Positions 1-9,475 of a DNA stretch of 32,000 bases are shown in pieces. The notes under the pieces were generated by a model. That model was not told the origin of the DNA. It made no database searches and saw only the letters and a list, made by a program, of their open reading frames with translations. Position 1 is the first letter of the stretch; every line of letters begins with the position of its first letter. This stretch comes from Methanococcus maripaludis. Lineage in GTDB: Archaea; AGJL01; Methanococci; Methanococcales; Methanococcaceae. The DNA lies in contig NZ_CP026606.1 in NCBI RefSeq assembly GCF_002945325.1, positions 780,001 to 812,000 on the forward strand, in the 5' to 3' direction. Position numbers and translations under genes: made by a program.

Positions 1-1
1 A

Positions 2-160
2 CAAAATATTGCATTCCAAAACATTTTTGTTATTTTAATAGTAAAAATAGCATTTATTAGCCTTGGAATATTTGGAGAAACCACGATGTGGCAGGCCGTC
101 TTTGCAGACGTTGGAGTTGCCCTTCTTTCCGTCTTGAATGCAGTTAGAATTTTAAAATAA
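2..160 (+). CDS. C-terminal end of a P1B-type (Cd/Zn/Co-like) heavy-metal translocating P-type ATPase; the 5' part lies outside the window
   Basis: Frame 2 is open from the window edge to TAA at 158-160. It reads ...GIFGETTMWQAVFADVGVALLSVLNAVRILK*, the conserved final-TM/C-terminal signature of CadA/ZntA-like ATPases. It is absent from the ORF track because no start lies in the window. Confidence 0.8.
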   Translation, partial: QNIAFQNIFVILIVKIAFISLGIFGETTMWQAVFADVGVALLSVLNAVRILK

Positions 161-182
161 GATTTAATAAAATAAAAAAATA

Positions 183-593
183 TTATTTTTTATGTTTTAG
201 CATTTCTGAACCTTTTTCAGTTATATTATATCCATCGCCCAGTTTTGAGATGTATGCTGACTTTTCCAACTCTTCCAGATATTTTTCAACCATTTTACAG
301 CCAATGTCTTCTAAAATCATTTCATACCTATCAATAGATTCTTTACATGGGCTGTTATATACATTGTACAAAATCTCAACGTATTCTTTTATAACTTCGT
401 CATTTAATTTAAAAAATCCTTTTTCTAAATCGAATATTAATTCTTTTACGGATTCCCTATCTTCACCATAATGTTTCAATTTGTGTTCAATGTACAATTT
501 TTCAATTTCATCTAACGATAACACACTTCCTTCAAATGCTGAAAGAAGGTTTAATTGAAATCTATTTAATTCCCCAGTTTCTGGTTTGGCCAT
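183..593 (-). CDS. Hypothetical 136-aa protein, possible winged-helix DNA-binding protein
   Basis: Clean ORF with an ATG start. The C-terminal YISKLGDGYNITEKGSEMLK resembles a wHTH wing. I recognise no family. Confidence 0.5.
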   Translation of the reverse strand: MAKPETGELNRFQLNLLSAFEGSVLSLDEIEKLYIEHKLKHYGEDRESVKELIFDLEKGFFKLNDEVIKEYVEILYNVYNSPCKESIDRYEMILEDIGCKMVEKYLEELEKSAYISKLGDGYNITEKGSEMLKHKK

Positions 594-706
594 TATTATC
601 CCCCGGATAGTTTATAATAAAATTATTTTTTGTAAGGCTATAAATATGTGCAAGCCCGAGTTAAATGATAGTATTGAAATTAGGCAGATTGCATCCTGGT
701 GATTTT

Positions 707-1261
707 ATGAAAATTTATTTTGCAACAGGGAATCAAAATAAGATTAATGAAGCAGAAATTATATTAAAAGAAGCTAATTGCGAAATCGAACAGATTGAAA
801 TTCCTTACGCGGAAGTTCAGGGAAGACTCGAAGAAGTTTCTGCATTTGGGGTTTTAGAAGTTTTTGAAAAATTCAATAGACCCGTTATAGTTGAAGACAG
901 CGGATTTTTCATCGAAAAACTAAATGATTTTCCAGGAACTTATTCAAGGTTCGTTCAAGAAACTATAGGAAATGAAGGGATTTTAAAACTTTTAGAAAAT
1001 GAAACTAACAGAAATGCGTACTTTAAAACAGTTATCGGCTACTATGATGGCGACAACATCAAACTATTTACTGGAATTGTAAAAGGAACTATTTCAACAG
1101 AAATAAAAGACGGTGGGTTTGGTTTTGCCTACGACAGCATTTTTATTCCAGAAGGGAAAACTAAAACATTTGCAGAAATGACTACTGAAGAAAAAAGCGA
1201 AATATCGCACAGAAAAAGAGCATTTTATGAACTTAAGAATTATTTAGAAACAAACTTGTAA
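707..1261 (+). CDS. Non-canonical purine NTP pyrophosphatase (ITPase, HAM1/RdgB family)
   Basis: [13 protein letters not shown]-terminus, FPGTYS, and SHRKRAF near the C-terminus are HAM1 family motifs. I chose ATG 707 over the track start at 665, whose extra 14 aa are non-homologous. Confidence 0.9.
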   Translation: MKIYFATGNQNKINEAEIILKEANCEIEQIEIPYAEVQGRLEEVSAFGVLEVFEKFNRPVIVEDSGFFIEKLNDFPGTYSRFVQETIGNEGILKLLENETNRNAYFKTVIGYYDGDNIKLFTGIVKGTISTEIKDGGFGFAYDSIFIPEGKTKTFAEMTTEEKSEISHRKRAFYELKNYLETNL

Positions 1262-1272
1262 CTAGTGAAAAA

Positions 1273-2154
1273 ATGAAAGCATTTGACATAATGAAAGCTT
1301 CCCAGATCGCCTGTTGCTTTGAAGTTGGAAGTTTTAAACCTGGAAACGTCCATAAAAATAGAGACTACGACGATATAAAATATCACCACTTTATAAGCTC
1401 GGGAATTGCATTTGGGGATATAATTTACGAAGCCTGCCTTGAAAAAAATAATATCGGAAATTTCATTAAAAAAGGAGTAATTGAATCCAAAAAATGGTCT
1501 CCAACAAATGCAAATCTTGGAATAATTATGCTTCACATGCCAATAGCAATTGCCGCGTCAAACTTAGATAAATTTAGCGAATCGCAACTAAAAAAAGAAA
1601 CAGAAAAAATTATTAAAAACACGACTGTTCAAGATGCAATTGAAGTGTATGGGGCAATTGAAATTGCACTTGCTTTTGTTAACACTCCTGAAAACGGGCC
1701 AGATTTAAAAAGTAAGGATGCTAAAGACGAACTTATTGAAAAAAATCTTACTCTTTACGATGTTTTTAAAATTTCATCCACTTGGGACAGTATTTCCAAT
1801 GAATGGACCGAAAATTTTAAGATATCCTACAAAGGCTATAATTTAATAAAGGAATACTACGAAAAATACAATAACATCAATATTGCAGTTACCAAAACAT
1901 TTATCAATCTACTCTCAAACTATCCGGACACGTTAATTGCAAGGAAAAAAGGTATCGATGTCGCTAAAATGGTTTCAGAAAAAGCTAAAGAAGTTTTAAA
2001 TAACTTCAATGAGGAATCGGTTTTGGAATTCGATAAATTTTTATCAAAAGAAGGTAATAAGTTAAATCCCGGAACTACAGCAGATTTAATCGCATCTTCA
2101 CTGTTAATATTTTTACTCGATAGAATCAGCAACGAAAAAACGATACTTTATTAA
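1273..2154 (+). CDS. CitG-family (triphosphoribosyl-dephospho-CoA synthase-like) protein
   Basis: [24 protein letters not shown] and the C-terminal [12 protein letters not shown] resemble CitG/MdcB family motifs. The role in methanogens is unassigned. Confidence 0.75.
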   Translation: MKAFDIMKASQIACCFEVGSFKPGNVHKNRDYDDIKYHHFISSGIAFGDIIYEACLEKNNIGNFIKKGVIESKKWSPTNANLGIIMLHMPIAIAASNLDKFSESQLKKETEKIIKNTTVQDAIEVYGAIEIALAFVNTPENGPDLKSKDAKDELIEKNLTLYDVFKISSTWDSISNEWTENFKISYKGYNLIKEYYEKYNNINIAVTKTFINLLSNYPDTLIARKKGIDVAKMVSEKAKEVLNNFNEESVLEFDKFLSKEGNKLNPGTTADLIASSLLIFLLDRISNEKTILY

Positions 2155-2165
2155 AAGGTGATTTT

Positions 2166-3890
2166 ATGGATAAATACGATAAAATAATTGATTTAACTAA
2201 AAGAAGAGGATTCTTGTGGAATTCTTTTGAGATATACGGCGGAATTGCAGGATTTTTTGACTACGGACCACTCGGTGCAATCTTAAAAAATAACGTTATA
2301 AACACGTGGAGAAAACACTATATCGTAAACGAAGGATTTTACGAAATCGACAGCCCGACAGTAACTCCTTACGAAGTTTTAAAAGCTTCTGGACACGTTG
2401 AAAACTTCACAGACCCACTCGTTGAATGTAAAGAATGTCTTGAGTCTTTCAGAGCTGACCACATCATCGAAGAAAATGTTGATGTTGATACTGAAGGAAA
2501 AACATTGCAAGAACTTCAAGAAATGATTGAAAAAAATAACATTCGATGTCCAAAATGTGGCGGAGAATTTAAAGAAGTAAGCACATTTAATTTAATGTTT
2601 GCAACTTCAATCGGCCCGGGTGGAAAAAGAGCTGCATTCATGAGACCGGAAACTGCTCAAGGTATCTTTATACAGTTTAAAAGAATAAGCCAGTTCTTTA
2701 GAAACAAACTTCCATTTGGTGCAGTTCAGATTGGAAAAGCATACCGAAACGAAATTTCTCCTAGACAGGGTGTAATAAGATTAAGAGAGTTTACACAAGC
2801 TGAAGGTGAATTTTTCATTGATTCAAGGAAAAAAGAGAACTTTGAGAAATTTGAAAGCGTAAAAGATATGGTTTTACCACTACTTTCCGGTAAAAATCAA
2901 GAAAACGAATCATTAAGCGCTGAAGAAAAAATTGTCAGAATGAGCCTTTCTGATGCGGTTAAAAACGGAATAATCGCACACGAAGCAATTGCATACTACA
3001 TTGCAGTTACAAAAAAATTCTTGATGGAAATTGGAATCGATGAAACAAAATTAAGATTTAGACAGCACCTTCCAAACGAAATGGCGCACTATGCTGCTGA
3101 TTGTTGGGATGCAGAATTATACACTGACAGATACGGCTGGATTGAGTGTGTAGGTGTTGCTGATAGGACAAATTACGATTTATTAGCGCATATGAAAAAT
3201 AGCGGCGATGATTTATCAGTATTTGTAGAACTCGAAGAAGATAAAGAAGTTGAAGTTTACGAAATCGAATTAAACTACAAATTAGTCGGAAGAACATTTA
3301 AAGGCGATGCAAAAGTTTTAGAAGAGTCTTTAAAAGAATTAGACGACAAAAAAATGGAAAAATTGGTAGAAGCTCTTGAAAAAGAAGGAAAATATGTTTT
3401 AAAAACATGTAAAAGAGACTTCGAAATATTAAAAGAATATTTAACTGCTAAAAAAGTTAAAAAGATCGTTAAAGGAGAAAAAATAATCCCTCACGTGATA
3501 GAACCTTCATACGGTATCGACAGAATTACATACTGTGTTATGGAACATGCTTTCAAAGAAGAGGAAGATAGAACCGTAATGGGCTTTTCAAATGCAGTTT
3601 CTCCAATAAAGGTAGGTGTTTTCCCACTTGTTAACAAAGAAGGAATGCCTGAAATTGCAATGGATTTGAAAAATAAATTAAGAGAAAACGGTTTAATTGC
3701 AGAATACGACGACAGCGGTGCAATTGGTAGAAGATACATGAGAATGGACGAGGTAGGAACTCCTTTCTGCATAACTATCGACGGAGAAACCTTAAAAGAC
3801 AGATCAGTTACAATTAGAGAAAGAGATTCAAGAGAACAGTTTAGAATCCCAATAAACGAAGTTGTGCCATACATTAAAGATAAACTCTAA
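2166..3890 (+). CDS. glyS: Glycine--tRNA ligase (archaeal/eukaryotic alpha2 type)
   Basis: 574 aa. Motifs: RRGFLWNSFEIYGG, class-II motif 2 FRNEISPRQGVIRLREFTQAE, motif 3 SYGIDR, and an anticodon-binding C-terminus. AGGTGAT RBS before the ATG. Confidence 0.97.
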   Translation: MDKYDKIIDLTKRRGFLWNSFEIYGGIAGFFDYGPLGAILKNNVINTWRKHYIVNEGFYEIDSPTVTPYEVLKASGHVENFTDPLVECKECLESFRADHIIEENVDVDTEGKTLQELQEMIEKNNIRCPKCGGEFKEVSTFNLMFATSIGPGGKRAAFMRPETAQGIFIQFKRISQFFRNKLPFGAVQIGKAYRNEISPRQGVIRLREFTQAEGEFFIDSRKKENFEKFESVKDMVLPLLSGKNQENESLSAEEKIVRMSLSDAVKNGIIAHEAIAYYIAVTKKFLMEIGIDETKLRFRQHLPNEMAHYAADCWDAELYTDRYGWIECVGVADRTNYDLLAHMKNSGDDLSVFVELEEDKEVEVYEIELNYKLVGRTFKGDAKVLEESLKELDDKKMEKLVEALEKEGKYVLKTCKRDFEILKEYLTAKKVKKIVKGEKIIPHVIEPSYGIDRITYCVMEHAFKEEEDRTVMGFSNAVSPIKVGVFPLVNKEGMPEIAMDLKNKLRENGLIAEYDDSGAIGRRYMRMDEVGTPFCITIDGETLKDRSVTIRERDSREQFRIPINEVVPYIKDKL

Positions 3891-3891
3891 A

Positions 3892-4560
3892 TTAAAATTC
3901 CAATTTTCCTTTTTTGATAATTTCTAAGAAATTTTTAACTTCTAAATTATAATTTTTTGAAACAATTTCTGGAATATCTAAAAATCCGGTTACATTTTTA
4001 ATTATGTGAAAATCAGAAGTTGCAACAAATTCGTATTGTTTAAGCTCGAAATCGACTTTTTTTGATAAAATAACTTCCCCAGAAATTGAATATTTTTCCA
4101 TTAAATTCCTTGTTATTTTTGAAATTTCACCGCTTTTACTTGTTTGTTCATCAAAATATACATCAAAATTATTCAAATTTAAACTCAACATAGTTTTTAA
4201 AATAATTTCAATCGTTTCTTCAGATTTTTCAGTTAATTTGTATCCTTTTTGGTATTTTAAATCACGAATTACATTATCTTCGCAAATTATCGCTACACCT
4301 TCGATTAATGATTCTAAAGTTATTAAAACATTAAATCCATCGACTGCGATGGATTTTGTTTTAAACTCTTTTGTTAAATCTGTTCTTTTTTTAGTTAAAA
4401 CTTCCAAATGATTGTCAGAAAACATACACCGCCCAAAAAAGTTTCTTTCAAAACTATTTAACCCATAGTGATTTGTAACAAAATTTAAAGCGGATTTTTT
4501 TCGGTAATTTCGATTTAAAAGATATTTTAAGTCCTGATAAGTTTCAAAAAATGGGTTCAT
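3892..4560 (-). CDS. Hypothetical protein, tentatively DUF434 N-terminal domain plus a PIN/NYN-like C-terminal domain
   Basis: The N-terminal YLLNRNYRKKSALNFVTNHYGLNSFERNFFGRC matches my recollection of DUF434. AVDGFNVLITLES resembles a PIN-like acidic strand. The family assignment is from memory and was not searched. Confidence 0.55.
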   Translation of the reverse strand: MNPFFETYQDLKYLLNRNYRKKSALNFVTNHYGLNSFERNFFGRCMFSDNHLEVLTKKRTDLTKEFKTKSIAVDGFNVLITLESLIEGVAIICEDNVIRDLKYQKGYKLTEKSEETIEIILKTMLSLNLNNFDVYFDEQTSKSGEISKITRNLMEKYSISGEVILSKKVDFELKQYEFVATSDFHIIKNVTGFLDIPEIVSKNYNLEVKNFLEIIKKGKLEF

Positions 4561-4654
4561 AAAATCGCCTTTATTGATTAAATAAAATTATAGAATTTAT
4601 GAAATAAATTTTTTTATGAAACTAAATGATACAAAAAATTAAAAATAAAAGATA

Positions 4655-5554
4655 CTAGTCTCGTTTAATGGTTGAATTAATATATACTCCGCTCATTATG
4701 AATAAAGTGCTTATTGCAGTTATTTTTGTAAATGGCTCCCGTAAAAAAATTGCAGAAAGCATAATTACAATTATTGGAACGAACTGGTAAAACAACATCG
4801 TTTTACTTGCCCCATGATATTTTAAAGATATCTGCTGTAATAGCTGTGCTAAAACCGATGCAAATACTGCCATATATATTATTGAAAGCCAAGTTTCCAG
4901 AGATGCATTTAATATCGCATTTATTGGGTTTTTTAGAATCATATATGGTATCAAAAGTACGACTGTTAAAATATACCCGTATGTTAATATTACCGATGGA
5001 GAATATTTTTGAGCGACTTTTTTACTGAGTACTGCGTATAATGCCATGCATAAAACTGCAGAAAACATTATAACATCCCCGATGTTAAATGAAAGGTTTT
5101 TAAGAACTTCTAAATTTCCGTTTGTAATTGTAATTAATACTCCAAAAAATGCAATAAATACCGCAAATATCCGTTTAATTCCAAAATATTCGCCTAAAAC
5201 TATTGCCGCAATTATTGAAGTAACCATTGGAGTTGTTGCCATCAATAGCGCAGAATTTATTGCAGTGATATATTCAAGCGACATGAAAAATAATGCATGG
5301 TACCCAAACATTCCAAATAATCCTGCTAAAATCACGATATATGCATCGTTTTTCTTTAATTTCAAATTTTTATGTTCTTTCTTTAAAACTAAAGGTAATA
5401 TTATTGCAGACGCTATTAAAAATCTTAAAAATGTTAATTCGTCCCATGAAAGTTCCAAAATTCCGATTTTTCCAGTTATAAATGCTCCGGCCCCGAAAAA
5501 AACTGCCGGAATCATCAGCAGAAATAATTCATATTTTTTCAAAAGTTTTTTCAT
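4655..5554 (-). CDS. EamA/DMT-superfamily transporter (10-TM permease)
   Basis: 299 aa and uniformly hydrophobic, with two EamA-like halves. It is divergent from an XRE-cupin regulator gene. Confidence 0.88.
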   Translation of the reverse strand: MKKLLKKYELFLLMIPAVFFGAGAFITGKIGILELSWDELTFLRFLIASAIILPLVLKKEHKNLKLKKNDAYIVILAGLFGMFGYHALFFMSLEYITAINSALLMATTPMVTSIIAAIVLGEYFGIKRIFAVFIAFFGVLITITNGNLEVLKNLSFNIGDVIMFSAVLCMALYAVLSKKVAQKYSPSVILTYGYILTVVLLIPYMILKNPINAILNASLETWLSIIYMAVFASVLAQLLQQISLKYHGASKTMLFYQFVPIIVIMLSAIFLREPFTKITAISTLFIMSGVYINSTIKRD

Positions 5555-5592
5555 TCATGACACCACTACAATAATACATCAGAGAACAACTT

Positions 5593-5673
5593 TGTATAGT
5601 ATGTTACACAATTTGTATGATATTATGTAGTATAAATATATTATGCTATACAATACGTATGATATACTATACA
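5593..5673. promoter_or_regulatory. Divergent promoter/operator region with TGTATA/TATACA repeats
   Basis: TGTATAGTAT (5593-5602) is the exact reverse complement of ATACTATACA (5664-5673). GTATGATAT occurs twice (5615-5623 and 5657-5665). TATAAATATA at 5631-5640 is a candidate TATA box. Confidence 0.4.
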
Positions 5674-5691
5674 AAAATAAAGGTAATATTC

Positions 5692-6245
5692 ATGGAAAAT
5701 CCCAGCCACGTAATTTCTAAAAACTTAAAAAAAATAAGAAATGAAAACGGATTGAGCCTTGACGCAGTTTCAAAGCTTACTGGAGTAAGTAAGGGAATGC
5801 TCGGACAGATTGAGCGTGAAGAAGTAAATCCAACAATAACCACTATTTTAAAAATTGCGAATGGGCTAAAAATATCTTTTACATCGCTTTTAAGCGAAAA
5901 AGAAGCTGATGTAAAAACAGTAGAACTTAAAAAAGTTCGCCAATTTACGACGATAGTCAAAAATGGAGATCTTATCCATTATTTACTTTTGAAGACAGCA
6001 GACCGTTTGAGATATATCATGTTGAAGCCGATTCTGGAATGGTAATGAGTTCAGAAGGCCACATTAAAAATTCAGAAGAAACAATAACGGTTTATGAAGG
6101 CGAATTAACGATATCAATAGAGGAAAATACTTACACCATTCCAAAAGGAAATTCAATTCGTTTTAAGGCAGATGTACCGCACAAATACGAAAATAACGGT
6201 TCAGAAATGACTAAAATGCACATGATAATATATTACCCAAAATAA
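5692..6245 (+). pseudogene. XRE-family HTH + cupin transcriptional regulator, split by a 1-nt frameshift in an A6 run
   Basis: The HTH part (LSLDAVSKLTGVSKGMLGQIEREEVNPTITTILKIANGL) is in frame 1. The frame-0 reading from 5934 gives SSPIYDDSQKWRSYPLFTFEDSRPFEIYHVEADSGMVMSSEGH...RFKADVPHKYEN, a typical linker plus cupin. One extra A in AAAAAA (5929-5934) would fuse both halves into an intact protein of about 185 aa. Confidence 0.8.
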
Positions 6246-6261
6246 ATAAAATAAAAATAAT

Positions 6262-7491
6262 TTAATTTTTTGATATTTTTTGTTTTAAAGAATTAAAAGA
6301 ACTATAAATCGACATTGCTATTTTAGCTAGTTTTATTTTTAAATTAAATCCGCTTCCACCAAGTTCAGTTGAAACATCTTTTAAAAGTGCCGGAATATCA
6401 AGATTCTGTGGACATGATTTAACACATTTACCGCAATTTGTACAAAGGCCCGCGTGAGACTCTTCACCACCCATTACTCCACCTAATCTTGCAAGATACA
6501 AAAATCCAGTCTTTTTATCGTTAAAAATACTTTTTTCGTTGTACATTGAAAAGCAGGCCGGAATATCTACTCCAAATGGACATGGCATACAGTATCCACA
6601 GCCCGTACAGTTTATTTTCATTAATTTTCGATAAACATTTTTTACCTTATCATAAATTTCTAATTCTTCATTTGAAAGTGAATCTGGAGTGGTTTCGCTT
6701 GCAACTTTTAAATTTTCTTTTACGTGAGATTCTTCATTCATTCCAGAAAGAACGCATGTAACTTCGGGATGATTTAAAACCCATCGCAGTGCCCAGTCAG
6801 CAGGCGTTCTTTTAATTTCGTAGCTATTAAAAATTTCTTCTGCTTCTTTTGGAACTTTTTTTGAAAGGTTTCCGCCCCTTAATGGCTCCATGATAAATAC
6901 GCCGATTCCTTTTGATGCGGCATAGTTTAAACCTTTGGTTCCTGCCTGATTTTGTTCATCCAAATAATTATACTGAATCAAACATGCATCCCAATCATAT
7001 GCATCAATTATTTCCTTGAACGTTTCGGTATTGTCGTGGTAAGAAAAACACGCGTATTTTATTTTTCCACTTTTTTTAGCTTCTTCTAAGAATTTTAAAA
7101 CTCCAAGATCTTTCATTTTTGCCCAACTGTCCTTTGAAAGACTGTGAATAAAATAGTAATCGATAAAATCCGTATTTAATTTTTTAAGCTGGGTATCAAG
7201 ATACATTTCCATATCTTCATATTTTTTAACCTGCCACTGGGGAAGTTTTGTCGAGAGCTTTATTTTATTTCGGTAATTCTCTGAAAGAATTTCACCTAAA
7301 AAAGATTCACTTGCACCACCGTGGTAGGGAAATGCCGTATCAATAAAGTTTACACCATTATCTATCGCGTAGTAAATCTGTTTTTTTGCTTTTTCTTTAT
7401 CAATAGATCCGTTTTTGGTTGGAAGCCTCATTGCACCAAATCCGAGTGCTGAGATTTTGTCGCCAGTTTTTTTAATTTCGCGGTACTGCAT
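6262..7491 (-). CDS. Aldo/keto reductase with a C-terminal 2x[4Fe-4S] ferredoxin-type domain
   Basis: AKR motifs [10 protein letters not shown] and [13 protein letters not shown]. Two Cys clusters, [11 protein letters not shown] and [13 protein letters not shown] prefer ATG 7491 over the TTG at 7509 used by the track. Confidence 0.9.
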   Translation of the reverse strand: MQYREIKKTGDKISALGFGAMRLPTKNGSIDKEKAKKQIYYAIDNGVNFIDTAFPYHGGASESFLGEILSENYRNKIKLSTKLPQWQVKKYEDMEMYLDTQLKKLNTDFIDYYFIHSLSKDSWAKMKDLGVLKFLEEAKKSGKIKYACFSYHDNTETFKEIIDAYDWDACLIQYNYLDEQNQAGTKGLNYAASKGIGVFIMEPLRGGNLSKKVPKEAEEIFNSYEIKRTPADWALRWVLNHPEVTCVLSGMNEESHVKENLKVASETTPDSLSNEELEIYDKVKNVYRKLMKINCTGCGYCMPCPFGVDIPACFSMYNEKSIFNDKKTGFLYLARLGGVMGGEESHAGLCTNCGKCVKSCPQNLDIPALLKDVSTELGGSGFNLKIKLAKIAMSIYSSFNSLKQKISKN

Positions 7492-7546
7492 AATTATCCC
7501 TATTTCCAAGATTTTTTTGTGATAAATAATTGATATATTTTTAAGA

Positions 7547-7562
7547 TTGACTACTCAGTCAA
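7547..7562. promoter_or_regulatory. Palindrome TTGACT-actc-AGTCAA downstream of a TATATATATA tract, upstream of the AKR gene
   Basis: Perfect 6-bp arms. The element lies about 55 bp upstream of ATG 7491 and about 25 bp downstream, in the minus sense, of the TA-rich tract at roughly 7581-7592. Confidence 0.3.
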
Positions 7563-7648
7563 ATAGTACTTTGTTTTTGTGATATATATATAGCATTAGG
7601 CAATAACTTCTTTTTAAAAAATTAAAAATAAATGTTAGACCAATATAT

Positions 7649-8791
7649 TTAATTTAAATCGATTTTTTTCACACTTTGGGTCATTAAAATCGTTATTTTA
7701 TCTTTTAAAAGTTCAATTTTACATTTTTCTCCGACCGCATAATTTAATTTTTTGAATTTATCATTTTGGGCCTTTGACATAAGTTTTAAGCCATTTTGGA
7801 TTACTTCAAGGTATACAAGACTCGTAGAACCTTCATTAACCACATCTTTTATTATACATTCAAAAACGTTTTCTGTTTTTTCGCTGTTTATATCAATTAA
7901 TTTTATATTTTCAGGCCTGATTCCAAAGGAAACCTCATTCATCGATTTATTAAATTTTTTTATCGACATTTTCATGTCCCGATAGTCCAATACTGAAAAA
8001 TCAGGATTATTTTTATTGTAATCTATTTCTGCATTTGAAAAAATATTTATGTATCCAACGAGTTGTGCAACATTCGTGTTTATCGGGTTATAAAATATCT
8101 CTTCTGGAGTTCCGATCTGCTGAATCCGTCCATTATGAAATGTTACAACTTTTTCAGCCATTACAAAAGCTTCTTCAAAGCTGTGTGTCACGAAAACTAC
8201 AGGGATTTTTAATTCTTTTTGAATACTCCTCAAACTTTCCCTTAAACGCATTCTTGAAATCATATCCAGTGCAGAAAACGGTTCATCGAGTAGCAGTATT
8301 TTTGGGCTTGGTGCAAGTGCTCTTGCAAGAGCTACACGCTGTTTTTGGCCACCAGAAATCTGATCAGGATATCTATTTTCGAGTCCTTCAATCTGAGTTA
8401 ATACTAAAAGGTCAGATACCCTTTTTTCCTTTTCTTCTTCGCTTAAATGTTTAATTCCGTATTCAATATTTTCTTTGACTGTTAAATGGGGAAATAAAGC
8501 ATAATTTTGGAAAACATAACCTAAATTTCGTTCCTGTGGGGGCATATTTATGTTTTTATCGGAATCGTAATAGATTTCATTGTTTACAATAATCTTTCCG
8601 TTATCAGGATCTAAAAGGCCGGCAATACAGCCCAGCGTGCTTGTTTTTCCAGAACCTGACCTTCCAAATAAAACTATTATCGAACCGCTATCTATACTGA
8701 ATTTGGATTTTAAATTAAACGAAGGATTTTTATTCTTTTTTAATTTTTTCGATTCGTAGTAGTTTTTTTCAATATCTATTTCTAAAATCAT
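7649..8791 (-). CDS. modC: Molybdate ABC transporter ATP-binding protein with a C-terminal TOBE/Mop-like domain
   Basis: Walker A GRSGSGKTS, signature ISGGQKQRVALARAL, Walker B LLLDEPFSALD, and a roughly 130-aa C-terminal extension. The start is ATG 8791 or the GTG at 8800 that abuts the modB stop. Confidence 0.9.
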   Translation of the reverse strand: MILEIDIEKNYYESKKLKKNKNPSFNLKSKFSIDSGSIIVLFGRSGSGKTSTLGCIAGLLDPDNGKIIVNNEIYYDSDKNINMPPQERNLGYVFQNYALFPHLTVKENIEYGIKHLSEEEKEKRVSDLLVLTQIEGLENRYPDQISGGQKQRVALARALAPSPKILLLDEPFSALDMISRMRLRESLRSIQKELKIPVVFVTHSFEEAFVMAEKVVTFHNGRIQQIGTPEEIFYNPINTNVAQLVGYINIFSNAEIDYNKNNPDFSVLDYRDMKMSIKKFNKSMNEVSFGIRPENIKLIDINSEKTENVFECIIKDVVNEGSTSLVYLEVIQNGLKLMSKAQNDKFKKLNYAVGEKCKIELLKDKITILMTQSVKKIDLN

Positions 8792-8800
8792 AAATACCAC

Positions 8801-9466
8801 TTAAAACTTCCATTTTTCAACAAATCTTCCAGTAAGAAATATCGTCAAAAATGACATTATAACTAACAATACTACCAATACATTTGCTAAATCGTAGTTT
8901 CCGGTTTGAAATGCCTGGTAAATTGATAATGACATTGTATTTGTTTTTCCAGGAAGATTTCCTGCAACCATTAATGTCGCACCAAACTCACCAACTGCTC
9001 GTGCAAAACTAAGAATTGCGCCCGCAACTATTCCTTTTTTAGATAGTGGAAGGGTTATTTTGTAGATTGTCTGTAATTCTGTTTTTCCCAAAGTGTATGA
9101 TACATATTCAAGTTCCCTATCAACTGCAGAGATTGCAGCTGTCGTTGTTTTAACCATTAACGGAAATGATACGATAAATGCAGCTATTACAGCAGCCTGC
9201 CAGGTAAATAAAATTCCTGAGCCTGTAAATTTGTATATTAAACTTCCGATAAATCCATTTTTTCCAAGCTGTAGTGCAAGTAAATACCCCAAAACGGTTG
9301 GTGGAAGAACCATTGGAAGAGTTACTAAATTCTCCAGAATATCTCGCCCGTAAAATCGTTTTCTAGCGAGAATGTATGAAAGAATAACTCCAAAAATAAC
9401 TACAAAAAATGTAGATATAAAAGAAATTTTTAATGTAAGTACTAAAGGAAATACTATTGAATCCAT
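8801..9466 (-). CDS. modB: Molybdate ABC transporter permease
   Basis: 221 aa, MetI-like. EAA loop FARAVGEFGATLMVAGNLPGKTNTMS is typical of ModB/CysTW. Confidence 0.92.
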   Translation of the reverse strand: MDSIVFPLVLTLKISFISTFFVVIFGVILSYILARKRFYGRDILENLVTLPMVLPPTVLGYLLALQLGKNGFIGSLIYKFTGSGILFTWQAAVIAAFIVSFPLMVKTTTAAISAVDRELEYVSYTLGKTELQTIYKITLPLSKKGIVAGAILSFARAVGEFGATLMVAGNLPGKTNTMSLSIYQAFQTGNYDLANVLVVLLVIMSFLTIFLTGRFVEKWKF

Positions 9467-9475
9467 GAAGTATCA

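Noticed and set aside
5046-5630. A 194-aa plus-strand ORF, with similar long ORFs at 250-471, 1240-1536, 3491-3874, 8035-8454, 9783-10304, 11695-12184, 14801-15118, 15387-15647, 18376-18612, 23676-23957 and 29673-30836.
   Set aside because: All lie antisense to, or out of frame within, genes with strong family motifs. They have low-complexity or hydrophobic 'shadow' composition and lack RBSs. They are typical spurious ORFs of an AT-rich genome.
5617-5691. The N-terminal extension (MILCSINILCYTIRMIYYTKIKVIF) of the XRE regulator ORF. The same question applies to 665-706 of the ITPase ORF, the TTG at 7509 of the AKR and the TTG at 20530 of the 74-aa ORF.
   Set aside because: The extensions translate promoter or AT-rich DNA and are non-homologous to the families. 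Internal ATGs with better RBS context exist.
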